Positions 1 to 8,011 of a stretch of 32,000 nt of DNA are shown piece by piece. A program made the position numbers and the translations under genes. The DNA is from Vibrio vulnificus CMCP6 (GTDB lineage Bacteria > Pseudomonadota > Gammaproteobacteria > Enterobacterales > Vibrionaceae). Positions within the stretch are counted from its first letter, which is position 1. Each line of letters starts with the position of its first letter. The stretch covers positions 1,080,001-1,112,000 of the forward strand of contig NC_004460.2 in assembly GCF_000039765.1 (NCBI RefSeq). The letters are read 5' to 3'. The notes beneath the pieces are model-generated. The model did not search any database. It saw only the letters and a program-made list of their open reading frames with translations, and was not told the DNA's origin.

Positions 1-293
1 CATTAACCGACACTTTTGAATTGTATGCGAAGGCAGGGGTAGCCTATTTCAACGCAGAGTTTAAAGTGTCGAATGCTCTGGTAAATGCACCGGGCTACTC
101 TACCCTTTCTGATAGCACTTTAACGGGTATGTATGGTTTAGGTGCTGAACTTAAATTATCACCAACGTTTCATATTCGAGCATCTTGGGACTTCATGCGC
201 CCAGAATTGGATGTCGTGAAAGTTGGCACGGAAAATATCAGTATTGAATCAGACATTAGCGTATTCTCTTTAGGCGCTAGCTATCATTTTTAA
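1..293 (+). CDS. Outer-membrane beta-barrel protein, C-terminal part (5' end outside window)
   Basis: The frame of ORF 21..293 stays open to nt 3 (LTDTFELYAKAG...). It shows alternating hydrophobic beta-strand periodicity and ends ...SLGASYHF, with the terminal aromatic residue typical of the OMP C-terminal beta-signal. Confidence 0.6.
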   Translation, partial: LTDTFELYAKAGVAYFNAEFKVSNALVNAPGYSTLSDSTLTGMYGLGAELKLSPTFHIRASWDFMRPELDVVKVGTENISIESDISVFSLGASYHF

Positions 294-310
294 AATTTTC
301 CGGAAAATTT
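293..310. repeat. Perfect 18-bp AT-rich palindrome AAATTTTCC|GGAAAATTT abutting the OMP stop codon
   Basis: Read directly from the sequence. Function unknown: it could be a weak hairpin or a protein-binding site. Confidence 0.5.
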
Positions 311-616
311 CTTGGTGGTAATATCTACCGGTTAAAACGAAAAATTTGGTAGCGTTAATCTGTCAAGTTAAATGTATCTGTGTGTTGGCCTCATCTTTTG
401 GTAAGAAAAATGTGGCCAACATCAGAACGATTATCACTCGTTTTTCTTTTGAGCCTTAGATTAGAATTTTCTATCAGGCTATTCGAACTAAGTCTCTAAT
501 TTACAACCAGATAGCGATAATCTCTTTTCGAGGAACCAAAGCTCGCCCACCATGACAAAACCCAGAGCATTCATTTTTCGCCACAGCTCAACTAACAGCA
601 GGCAATTTACAAGGCG

Positions 617-1618
617 TTACGCAACCACTCTATTGCGTCCTTGGGATTTAGCATCATAAAGATTGGCATCGGCTTGACGATTAATTTCATCGACGCAACT
701 CGATGCATGCGCCTCAGCCAAGCCAATGCTGACCGTCACTGAGATCGCCCCCTCTCGATAGTGAATGGGAGTATCACCAATGTTTTGACGGATGGTTTCC
801 GCAGTCTTTAGGGCATGCTGGTGAGAAACACCCGCTAACAGAATACAGAACTCCTCTCCCCCTTGACGGAACACATTCTCCTCTCCCACCACATGAGCCA
901 TCGTTTTCACCACGGACCGAAGCACGCAGTCTCCTCCGTCGTGGCCGTATTCATCATTGATGGCTTTAAAGTGATCGATATCCAATACCAATAAGAAGAA
1001 GGCTGTTCCTTGAGTTTTCAGCGCTTGGTAGCGATGTTTCAGAGCAAGGCGGTTATTGGTGCCAGTCAGCGGATCGAGCGTGGCCAACTTACTTAACTTG
1101 TTTTCCGTTGACACACGATTGAACTCATACACGTGCGCGATAGCCGCAATACTGAAATAACAAAAGGCGAAGTTGATCATCATCGTCAACATGTCAAAGT
1201 ACTGTTCTAAGTAAAATTGATAGGTGATGTTGACGATTTGAATTAAGAACAAACATGCGGTCGCCGCAAAACCCACTTTGTAGCCCAGCAACAAATAGTA
1301 AACGATTGGCAAAACCAGCGACCAAAAGAACACGCCATTGACCGTTGGCTTGAGGAAGGTGCCAAGAATAACGAGCAACGTAATACACAATGACATAATG
1401 TACTTGTGACCGTTGAATACACTACCCCTATCGATTTGGCGATAAACGTGCCAAGAGTAAAGCGCGTATAAGCCTTCCAACGTACCGTAGATGTAGCTCT
1501 GGCTAATAACAAAGTTACCGATAGCCATCAAGGCAGCCAAGCTTCCGATCCCAAGACTCATGCCTTTGAGCACTTTGAGGCGTAGCGTCAAGCTGCCATC
1601 AAGCTCGTTTATGTCCAT
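617..1618 (-). CDS. Membrane-anchored diguanylate cyclase (GGDEF domain)
   Basis: The N-terminal ~170 aa are strongly hydrophobic (multiple TM segments). The C-terminal GGDEF domain has an intact RQGGEEF active site. Start set at ATG 1618 (GGAAGGAAAT RBS just upstream) rather than ATG 1630. Confidence 0.85.
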   Translation of the reverse strand: MDINELDGSLTLRLKVLKGMSLGIGSLAALMAIGNFVISQSYIYGTLEGLYALYSWHVYRQIDRGSVFNGHKYIMSLCITLLVILGTFLKPTVNGVFFWSLVLPIVYYLLLGYKVGFAATACLFLIQIVNITYQFYLEQYFDMLTMMINFAFCYFSIAAIAHVYEFNRVSTENKLSKLATLDPLTGTNNRLALKHRYQALKTQGTAFFLLVLDIDHFKAINDEYGHDGGDCVLRSVVKTMAHVVGEENVFRQGGEEFCILLAGVSHQHALKTAETIRQNIGDTPIHYREGAISVTVSIGLAEAHASSCVDEINRQADANLYDAKSQGRNRVVA

Positions 1619-1700
1619 ATTTCCTTCCATGGGCTCAATGCTTTAAAACATCACGTATGATAACCTGATTAACTTATTGATAACAAGGACATCAATGCAT

Positions 1701-1898
1701 ATGTGCACACGTATATTCAACAACTTAAACGATAAATTTCCAGTGACAGCACGTAATATGGACTGGTATTGGCCCGTCAATACTTACTTCTACGCGTTTC
1801 CCAGAGGTACCGTAAACCGTGGTCTGAGCGCCGAGTCAACGGCCGAATTTTACATCGCACTTTCCGATGCCGAAGGCAACTCAACGGTGATTTGGTGA
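1701..1898 (+). pseudogene. N-terminal remnant of a choloylglycine hydrolase / penicillin V acylase (Ntn hydrolase) family gene
   Basis: The frame opens M-C-T-R-I...VTARNMDW...FPRG. This matches the nucleophile-Cys2 start and conserved N-terminal blocks of this family, whose members are normally >300 aa. Here the frame stops after 65 codons and I see no continuation in any frame. Confidence 0.45.
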
Positions 1899-2112
1899 CG
1901 CTGTTTGTCGACGCCCAAGTTTATCTGGTGATCAAAAACAAACCGTACAAAAACACCTGCTCGGAATGCGGCAACTTCTATCACCATGTCTGTGATTTTG
2001 ATTGACTTGATCACCATTAGGGGTTGGTTGCGGTGAGGCTTGAAAATAGAGTTGGGGAAAGAAATCATTTAGGACGGGCACAAATTTTAAACAGTCACAA
2101 CAAAAATCGTGA

Positions 2113-2147
2113 CCGAAAATATAAGAAAGGCGTAACAAAATTACGCC
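2113..2147 (-). terminator. Orphan intrinsic-terminator-like hairpin (GGCGTAA-N5-TTACGCC plus T-rich tail on the minus strand)
   Basis: 7-bp stem at 2129-2135/2141-2147. On the minus strand it is followed by TTTCTTATATTTTCGG. No minus-strand gene lies upstream of it. Confidence 0.3.
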
Positions 2148-2317
2148 CAAGAAGGATTATCCGTCATCTCTCAAGAAGTCAATGACAAAAATTAACCCTT
2201 TCACAAACCATCCCGGATGTGAAATAAAAATACGCCTAATAGTCGAAAACACTAAACGACAAAAAGCGCGAGGGTTCAGAATATTCATATCTGGCTCCGC
2301 ATTTGGATTTAATAAAT

Positions 2318-2346
2318 TTGCCAATCAAGAGCCTGCGATCTATCAT
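2318..2346 (+). promoter_or_regulatory. Candidate sigma70 promoter TTGCCA-17 nt-TATCAT
   Basis: -35 TTGCCA at 2318-2323, exact 17-nt spacer, -10 TATCAT at 2341-2346, with A/T-rich sequence upstream (AATAAATT). Confidence 0.35.
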
Positions 2347-2352
2347 CGCTTT

Positions 2353-2453
2353 GTTCGTATCGACAGATACAGGCAAGCTCGTTGGAAGTGGTTGCCGCCA
2401 CTTTTGATTAGCACCGCTTCAAATCCCGCCTTTGGGTGGGATTTGTCGTTTCT
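2353..2453 (+). ncRNA. Candidate ~100-nt small RNA (promoter to terminator unit, no credible ORF)
   Basis: It starts ~7 nt after the -10 element and contains small hairpins GTATC-GACA-GATAC (2358-2370) and GTGG-TTGCCG-CCAC (2387-2400). It ends in hairpin AAATCCCGCC-TTTG-GGTGGGATTT (2421-2444, one G.U pair) followed by GTCGTTTCT. This is a prediction only. Confidence 0.3.
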
Positions 2454-2873
2454 GGAAGAAGAAAGTAGCTACTTATCCCCTTACAGACTTTACGATAATT
2501 ATAATGGCATCGGTTTTCAAGGCACAGTCTCGAGATGACTTGTGGATAAGTGGCAAAAATACAAAAAACTGTAAGTAGGCACTCACATTATGATGCCTAG
2601 TGCGATAAGCGGTACAAAAGTGCTAATTTTTTGATCGGCTTATTCTTAACCGTAAATAAAAATAATATTGTTGATTTATCAATGTTTTTGTAAGTCAAAG
2701 AATATTGCCAATATGGAATTTCAAACGTAGAAAGAAACGTGATACTTATAAAATCCTATTGCCCATTGTTTTAGCCCCAAAACGCACTGAGAACCACCTT
2801 ACTTCGCCCCCTTCTTCCCTTTTTCACCACTTTCGCAGATACTCTGCGCGTTATTGTTTAGTTGGAAACCCTT

Positions 2874-3488
2874 ATGCCTCAAGCCAATTCCGTTGTCGTA
2901 CTCGACTTTGAAACCACTGGTCTCTCACCGAACTTGGGGGATCGCGCGATTGAAATCGGTGCGGTTAAGATCGTTGATGGTGAGGTGGTCGATAGTTTTC
3001 AACAACTTATGAATCCTGGCTTTCGGGTCAGTTCATTTATTGAAAGCTACACTGGCATCACCAACAACATGCTGCGCAGCGCGCCCAGTTGCGATGAGGT
3101 GATGGCATCTTTTAGCGAGTTTATTGCGGGTGAAAACCTGATTGCGCACAACGCGTCGTTCGATAAACGCTTTCTGGATGCAGAGCTGGAGCGAATCAAC
3201 TGCGACTATTCAGGCGAGTTTGCCTGTTCACTGTTGGTGGCAAGACGGCTGATTCAAGACGCGCCGTCACACAAGCTTGGTGAGTTGGTTCGTTATAAAA
3301 ACATCGACAACGACGGTATATTTCACCGAGCGTTAGCCGATGCTCAAATGACGGCCAAATTGTGGCTACTGATGGTGGAAGAACTAGAGCACTCGGGTAT
3401 CGCCAATCCAAGCTTTCAGTTTATGCAAACCGTGAGTAAAACCACCAAAGGCAAAGTGGCTCAGCTACTGGCAAAAAGCCGCGCATAA
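2874..3488 (+). CDS. DnaQ/DNA polymerase III epsilon-like DEDDh 3'-5' exonuclease
   Basis: Three Exo motifs are present: VVLDFETTG (ExoI), AHNASFD (ExoII) and HRALADA (ExoIII, H-x4-D). Start set at ATG 2874; the ORF-track start at 2862 is TTG. Confidence 0.85.
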   Translation: MPQANSVVVLDFETTGLSPNLGDRAIEIGAVKIVDGEVVDSFQQLMNPGFRVSSFIESYTGITNNMLRSAPSCDEVMASFSEFIAGENLIAHNASFDKRFLDAELERINCDYSGEFACSLLVARRLIQDAPSHKLGELVRYKNIDNDGIFHRALADAQMTAKLWLLMVEELEHSGIANPSFQFMQTVSKTTKGKVAQLLAKSRA

Positions 3489-3496
3489 CGCGCGGC
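3473..3496 (-). terminator. Intrinsic terminator of the efflux operon, overlapping the 3' end of the convergent exonuclease gene
   Basis: GCCGCGC-ATAAC-GCGCGGC hairpin (3478-3496), followed on the minus strand by TTTTT (3473-3477). It lies 32 nt downstream of the ATPase stop. Confidence 0.5.
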
Positions 3497-3527
3497 GATT
3501 CAAGCTTTCCTTTCCAAGATCCCAGCG

Positions 3528-4220
3528 CTAACTCGGCGCTCTGTCTGAGATCACCTTGCCATCTTTAATGGTGATGATGCGTTTGGTGCGCTCGGCTAAA
3601 GCGTTGTCGTGCGTTACGATGATGAGCGTTCTGCCTTCGGCGTGGAGTTGATTAAACAGCGCCTCAATCTCAGCGCCCGATTTCGAATCCAGCGCGCCCG
3701 TCGGCTCATCGGCAAGAATGATTTGCGGATCGTTCACCAAGGCTCTGGCAATCGCCACCCTCTGTTTTTGGCCACCAGAAAGCTGGTTTGGTTTGTGGTC
3801 TAGCCTATCCCCCAGCCCCACTTGCGCTAACAATTTGGCCGCGCGCTGGCGACGCTCTTTGGCTTTGATGCCAGAGTACACAAGCGGCAAGGCCACGTTA
3901 TCTAGCGCAGTGGCATATTCCAGCAGGTTGAAGCTTTGAAAGACAAAACCGATCTTCTGATTGCGAATACTTGCCAGCTCGTTGGCACTTAAACTAGCAA
4001 CGTTCTGGCCAGCGAGTTGATATTCGCCCTCGGTGGGTTTATCAAGGCAGCCAAGCATGTTCATTAGCGTTGATTTGCCTGAGCCCGACGGCCCCAGAAT
4101 AGACAAAAACTCGCCTTGGTGAATGGTGAGGTCAACGCCATCTAGCGCGCGTACCTCCGCCTCGCCACTGGAGTAAAATTTGCAAATGTTGGTCAGTTCA
4201 ACCAGCGGCGTGTTCGACAT
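3528..4220 (-). CDS. ABC transporter ATP-binding protein, MacB/LolD-type
   Basis: Walker [10 protein letters not shown], signature LSGGQKQR and Walker [12 protein letters not shown] are present. Start set at ATG 4220 (GGAGAG RBS), 22 nt after the upstream permease stop. The ORF-track start at 4250 overlaps that gene. Confidence 0.9.
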   Translation of the reverse strand: MSNTPLVELTNICKFYSSGEAEVRALDGVDLTIHQGEFLSILGPSGSGKSTLMNMLGCLDKPTEGEYQLAGQNVASLSANELASIRNQKIGFVFQSFNLLEYATALDNVALPLVYSGIKAKERRQRAAKLLAQVGLGDRLDHKPNQLSGGQKQRVAIARALVNDPQIILADEPTGALDSKSGAEIEALFNQLHAEGRTLIIVTHDNALAERTKRIITIKDGKVISDRAPS

Positions 4221-4242
4221 TTTCTCTCCACAATCTTGCTTA

Positions 4243-5526
4243 TTATTCACTTTGTAACGCCTCCAATGGGCTCACTTTGGCAGCTCGGTTAGCTGGCAAC
4301 CAAGCCGAGGCCACACCGATGATCACCAAGGTGGCGATCACAATCGTCACCACCATCCACGACAGCTCTGGCACAGGCTTGCCAAGATCTTCATAGAAGA
4401 CGTTGCCATCGAGATTGATGGCGCTGATCGCCGAAACCAGCGCGTACGTCACGCCCAAGCCCAGAACGCCGCCGAGCATCATGGTCATTAACGATTGCAC
4501 CAAATAATGCAAACGAATCGCGGTGGGCGTGGCTCCAACGGCCATACGCACGCCAATGTCTCGTGTGGAGCGCTTCACCGTGGCATACATCACGTTGGCA
4601 ATGCCGACACCCGCCACCGCCAGGGTGACGAAACCAATAATGCCAAGGAAGCTTTGCAGGCCAATCAAGAAATGCTGCATGCTTTTTTGTTTGAGGAACA
4701 TGTCATCCACTTGCACCACTTGTTCATCACTCACGCTCGCGCCGTGTTTGCGTGCAATCACTTGGCGAATGGTCTGCGCCAATTGAATGCGATTGGCGTC
4801 CGTTTGTGGCTCGACATTAATGCCGCCAATCTCGCCATTGGCATGGAATCGCTTCCAAGTTGCCAGCGGGACAAAGCTTGAGTAGTTGATCAAATCACCT
4901 TGTTCGATCTCGGCACCGTTCTTTTTCAACACCCCAATCACGGTGAACTCTTCACTGCCAATTTTGACTTTTTGCCCGACAGGGTCGACTTGTAAGGTCA
5001 CCGGTGCGAACCAACTGAAGTCTTCCACAGGGTTGAACAGATCCGCCGCCAAGGAGTAACCCAGCACCACCACTTTGCGCATCTGTTTTTGATCGAGCGG
5101 ATTGAACCAGCGGCCTCCCTCTCTAGGCGCAAGATTGGTCATTGCGGCGAATTCAGTGGTCACGGCTAACGGCTGTTGCCATGAACCGCGGTCACCCACG
5201 GTAATCGGCTCATTCCATCGCGCGGTTGGCGCAACGCTTTTCACCTCTGGCAAGGCTTGAACCACACCCACATCCTCGATTTTCAGGGTCAGAAATTTGC
5301 CTTGATGGAATGCGCCGTGATCGATACTGGCCATCCCACCCGTTAAATAAATCAGGTTGCCGTTGCCATTTTGCGCGGTTCGCAACACGCCCTGACGAAT
5401 GCCTTCCCCCACCGCCAACATCGCCGCAATACACAGCGTTGCCCATGCCACGGCAAGAATGGTCAAGCCCAGTCGCAGCTTCTCTGCGGCCATTTCTTGA
5501 AAGATTTGTCTCGTCGGTAGCAGCAT
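4243..5526 (-). CDS. MacB-type ABC permease (FtsX domain with large periplasmic domain), copy 2
   Basis: One N-terminal TM, a ~230-aa periplasmic domain and a C-terminal FtsX 3-TM bundle (...VKRSTRDIGVRMAVGATP...). Start set at ATG 5526, 2 nt after the upstream stop (TAACCATG). The ORF-track extension to 5673 overlaps the upstream gene. Confidence 0.85.
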   Translation of the reverse strand: MLLPTRQIFQEMAAEKLRLGLTILAVAWATLCIAAMLAVGEGIRQGVLRTAQNGNGNLIYLTGGMASIDHGAFHQGKFLTLKIEDVGVVQALPEVKSVAPTARWNEPITVGDRGSWQQPLAVTTEFAAMTNLAPREGGRWFNPLDQKQMRKVVVLGYSLAADLFNPVEDFSWFAPVTLQVDPVGQKVKIGSEEFTVIGVLKKNGAEIEQGDLINYSSFVPLATWKRFHANGEIGGINVEPQTDANRIQLAQTIRQVIARKHGASVSDEQVVQVDDMFLKQKSMQHFLIGLQSFLGIIGFVTLAVAGVGIANVMYATVKRSTRDIGVRMAVGATPTAIRLHYLVQSLMTMMLGGVLGLGVTYALVSAISAINLDGNVFYEDLGKPVPELSWMVVTIVIATLVIIGVASAWLPANRAAKVSPLEALQSE

Positions 5527-5528
5527 GG

Positions 5529-6743
5529 TTACGCCCTCGCACTTAACGCAATCAGGGGCGTGAGGCGTGAAGCTCGTCTTGCGGGGAAATACGACGCCAA
5601 CAGCGCCAGAATCAAGGTCACAAGCAAAGACCAGAGAATGGAATCTCCCGTGATCACCGGAAAGCCCAACCAATCAGGCAGGGCGATAGAGCTCAGTAAC
5701 CCCACCACCAAATAGGCCACCAGCAATCCAAGCGCCGTCCCCACCGCCACTAAAAACAGCCCTTCGAGAATAAACTGGCCGAGTATCGATTTTTGCGTCG
5801 CGCCAATGGCCAAACGCACCCCAATTTCTCGCGTGCGTTCCGTCACTGAGAGGAACATGATGTTAGCCACTCCCAAGGCTCCCACCGCCATGGTCATGGC
5901 ACCACTTGCACCAAGGAAGATCTGAATGCCACGGAAAATCGCGGTGATCAGTGCTGCGCCTTCGCTGAAATCGGGCAAGTTGATCGCCTCTTTGTCGCTC
6001 GGGTCAAAGTGCAGTTGCTTAGCGTAAAATTGAACTATCGCTTGTCGGAATGACGCGCCATCCATGCCATCCATCGGCTTGAGCATGATCATCCATGGTT
6101 TGGCATTCCACAAATCGCGGAAGGTGGTTTGCGGAATAAGTACGCTGCGGCTTTCACCAAATGAAATACCCATATCCTCACTGGCGGTAATGCCAATGAT
6201 CAAAAAAGGAATGCCATTCACATTGAGCGTATCACCGATTTGGATTCCCCCCATTTGCGCGATTTGATTCCCCAACACAGCCACACGGCTATGGTTGCGA
6301 ATATCGCTAGGTGACAAATGACGAGAGCCGGGCATCAATTTGAGTTGCAGCAGCGACAAGTAAGAGGAATCAATCCCACTGACGTTACTCATTAAGTTTT
6401 GCCCTCGCTGATTGGTGACTCTGGCGTCCGATTTGGCGTACACACTTGAGGCTGCTTTCACAGAGCCCGATTGTGTGATCATATCGACGTGATCTTGCGA
6501 GAGCTGAATTTGGCGTCGCGAAGGAAGGCCATGCCACGGTTTGCTGGTGCTGGATGGAAAAGCAACTTGCACGTTGTTCACCAGAAATGACAACTGCTGA
6601 GTTTGGTGACGATAAAACCCCTCACCGAGAGCGATCAGCACCACCACGGAGATCACCCCCCAAGCAATGGCAATAATGGCCAACACGCTTTTCATGCGGT
6701 GCGCCATCAACGTTTGCCATGTTTGTTGCAATAACGCGCTCAT
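5529..6743 (-). CDS. MacB-type ABC permease (FtsX domain with large periplasmic domain), copy 1
   Basis: Same architecture as copy 2 (...VTERTREIGVRLAIGATQ...). Its ATG overlaps the OMP stop (ATGA). Confidence 0.85.
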   Translation of the reverse strand: MSALLQQTWQTLMAHRMKSVLAIIAIAWGVISVVVLIALGEGFYRHQTQQLSFLVNNVQVAFPSSTSKPWHGLPSRRQIQLSQDHVDMITQSGSVKAASSVYAKSDARVTNQRGQNLMSNVSGIDSSYLSLLQLKLMPGSRHLSPSDIRNHSRVAVLGNQIAQMGGIQIGDTLNVNGIPFLIIGITASEDMGISFGESRSVLIPQTTFRDLWNAKPWMIMLKPMDGMDGASFRQAIVQFYAKQLHFDPSDKEAINLPDFSEGAALITAIFRGIQIFLGASGAMTMAVGALGVANIMFLSVTERTREIGVRLAIGATQKSILGQFILEGLFLVAVGTALGLLVAYLVVGLLSSIALPDWLGFPVITGDSILWSLLVTLILALLASYFPARRASRLTPLIALSARA

Positions 6744-8011
6744 GAATGAAAAGCTCGGGAGATGAGGACCATGATGTCGTCATCGAGCTTACCCGCGGTT
6801 TGCAGCAATGCAATTCGCTGACGCCAGTAGTTATACAAGTTGGTTTGCAGGCTGTGTTTGGCCTCAAACAAGCTGTTGTGCGCGCTGATCACATCGGAAA
6901 CTTCCAGCAAACCTGCATCATAGAGTTTCTCTTTGCTGGCCAATACGTTACCACGCGACGCCACCAGCTCGTTGGCGATCAACACTTGGTTCCAGTTGAT
7001 CTCAACCTGAGTAAACTGCTGAATCACGCGCTTTTGGATGTCGATTTCGACTCGGCGCATCTCTTGTTTGGCACTCAAAATGTTCAACGACGCTTCATCA
7101 ACTTTGCTCCTCACCGAGCCGTTGAGATCAATCGGCACACTCAACGTCAGGCCCGCATTAAACTCGCCGTTGGAGCGTTGATCACCATCGCTGTAACCCA
7201 CACTGCCTCTGAGGGTCGGGTAATAGCCCCCTTTGGCGGACTGCTTTGCGAACTCACTGGCTTTGACCATTTGCGCCGCCACCAGCAGCTCTGGGCTGCT
7301 GTCTTTGGCTAATTTGAGCCACTGCGCCTGAGAGGTCACCAGCATCGGCGGTTGAATCAAAGTGTCGGTGCGAATTTGATCCACGCTGTCTGGCACTTGG
7401 TTGATCAGCGCCGCCAGCTCCGCTCTTTTCACTTCAAGATCCGCTTGGGCATTGAGAATCGTCGCTTGCTCAGAGACTTGTGTCGCGCGCATCTCTTCCA
7501 CATCCACCGATTTGACCTTACCCGCTTGATAACGCTTCTCGATGATTTGCAACAGTTTGTTGCCCTCATCCAGCTTGGTTTGCGCCAATACTAGGTCACC
7601 TTGTGCGCTGGCGAGATCCAAATAGGCAGCGAGCAGTTTCTGCGCGAGTTCGTTGTGTGCTTGAGACAGTTCCAGCTCCGATTTGAGGTAGTTGGCTTTT
7701 GCTTGATCTAAGCTCGACCACAAACTGCTGTCCCAAATGGTTTGCGATAAGGTGGCCCCATAACTGTTGGAACTGTCGGCCGATTCACTCCAATTGAGTG
7801 AGGCGCTGGCACTGAGATCCGGCAACAACGCGCTACGGCTGCTGTCCACGCCCGCTTGGCCCAGTTGCACACCTATCTTGGCTTTTTCGTAATTCGGATC
7901 ATTTTGCTTAGCTTGCTGCCACGCTTGCTCAATGGAGATGGCATGGCTGGGCAAACTCAGCGTCGCCGCCAACACGGCCAAGCCGATTTTCGATAAGTGC
8001 TTGTTAACCAT
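6740..8011 (-). CDS. TolC-family outer membrane efflux channel
   Basis: Signal peptide MVNKHLSKIGLAVLAATLSLPSHA, and a two-fold repeated coiled-coil/beta pattern typical of OEP/TolC proteins. Its ATG overlaps the MFP stop (ATGGTTAA). Confidence 0.85.
   Translation of the reverse strand: MVNKHLSKIGLAVLAATLSLPSHAISIEQAWQQAKQNDPNYEKAKIGVQLGQAGVDSSRSALLPDLSASASLNWSESADSSNSYGATLSQTIWDSSLWSSLDQAKANYLKSELELSQAHNELAQKLLAAYLDLASAQGDLVLAQTKLDEGNKLLQIIEKRYQAGKVKSVDVEEMRATQVSEQATILNAQADLEVKRAELAALINQVPDSVDQIRTDTLIQPPMLVTSQAQWLKLAKDSSPELLVAAQMVKASEFAKQSAKGGYYPTLRGSVGYSDGDQRSNGEFNAGLTLSVPIDLNGSVRSKVDEASLNILSAKQEMRRVEIDIQKRVIQQFTQVEINWNQVLIANELVASRGNVLASKEKLYDAGLLEVSDVISAHNSLFEAKHSLQTNLYNYWRQRIALLQTAGKLDDDIMVLISRAFHS

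Noticed and set aside
2182-2538. 118-aa ORF in the AT-rich gene-free stretch
   Set aside because: It has no RBS or recognisable motif, and its composition is atypical. It also contains a terminator hairpin and a near-consensus promoter internally, so it is better explained as non-coding.
2671-2682. TTGATTTATCAA inverted repeat, considered together with TTATTGATAA at 1674-1683 as LuxR/SmcR-type quorum-sensing boxes
   Set aside because: Only half-site-level similarity in very AT-rich DNA, where such words are expected by chance.
2794-2835. Possible dispersed repeat family linking this CT-rich tract with the one at 15784-15861
   Set aside because: The shared words (CGCCCC..TT.T.CCCT) are short and low-complexity. 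I cannot separate homology from composition without a genome-wide search, so it is noted only as a cross-reference.
5527-5673. N-terminal 49-codon extension of permease 2 given in the ORF track; similar extensions occur for the ATPase, IIB, IIC, AgaS, EamA, AraC and decarboxylase ORFs
   Set aside because: The extensions overlap the preceding gene, are non-hydrophobic or Arg/Gly-rich, and lack an RBS. Internal ATGs sit at stop/start junctions or behind good RBSs and give family-typical N-termini.
6746-7312. 188-aa plus-strand ORF inside the TolC-like gene, and similar ones at 7352-7594, 7932-8204, 8029-8367 and 8856-9173
   Set aside because: These are shadow ORFs opposite confidently called efflux genes, with no start-site signals or recognisable domains.
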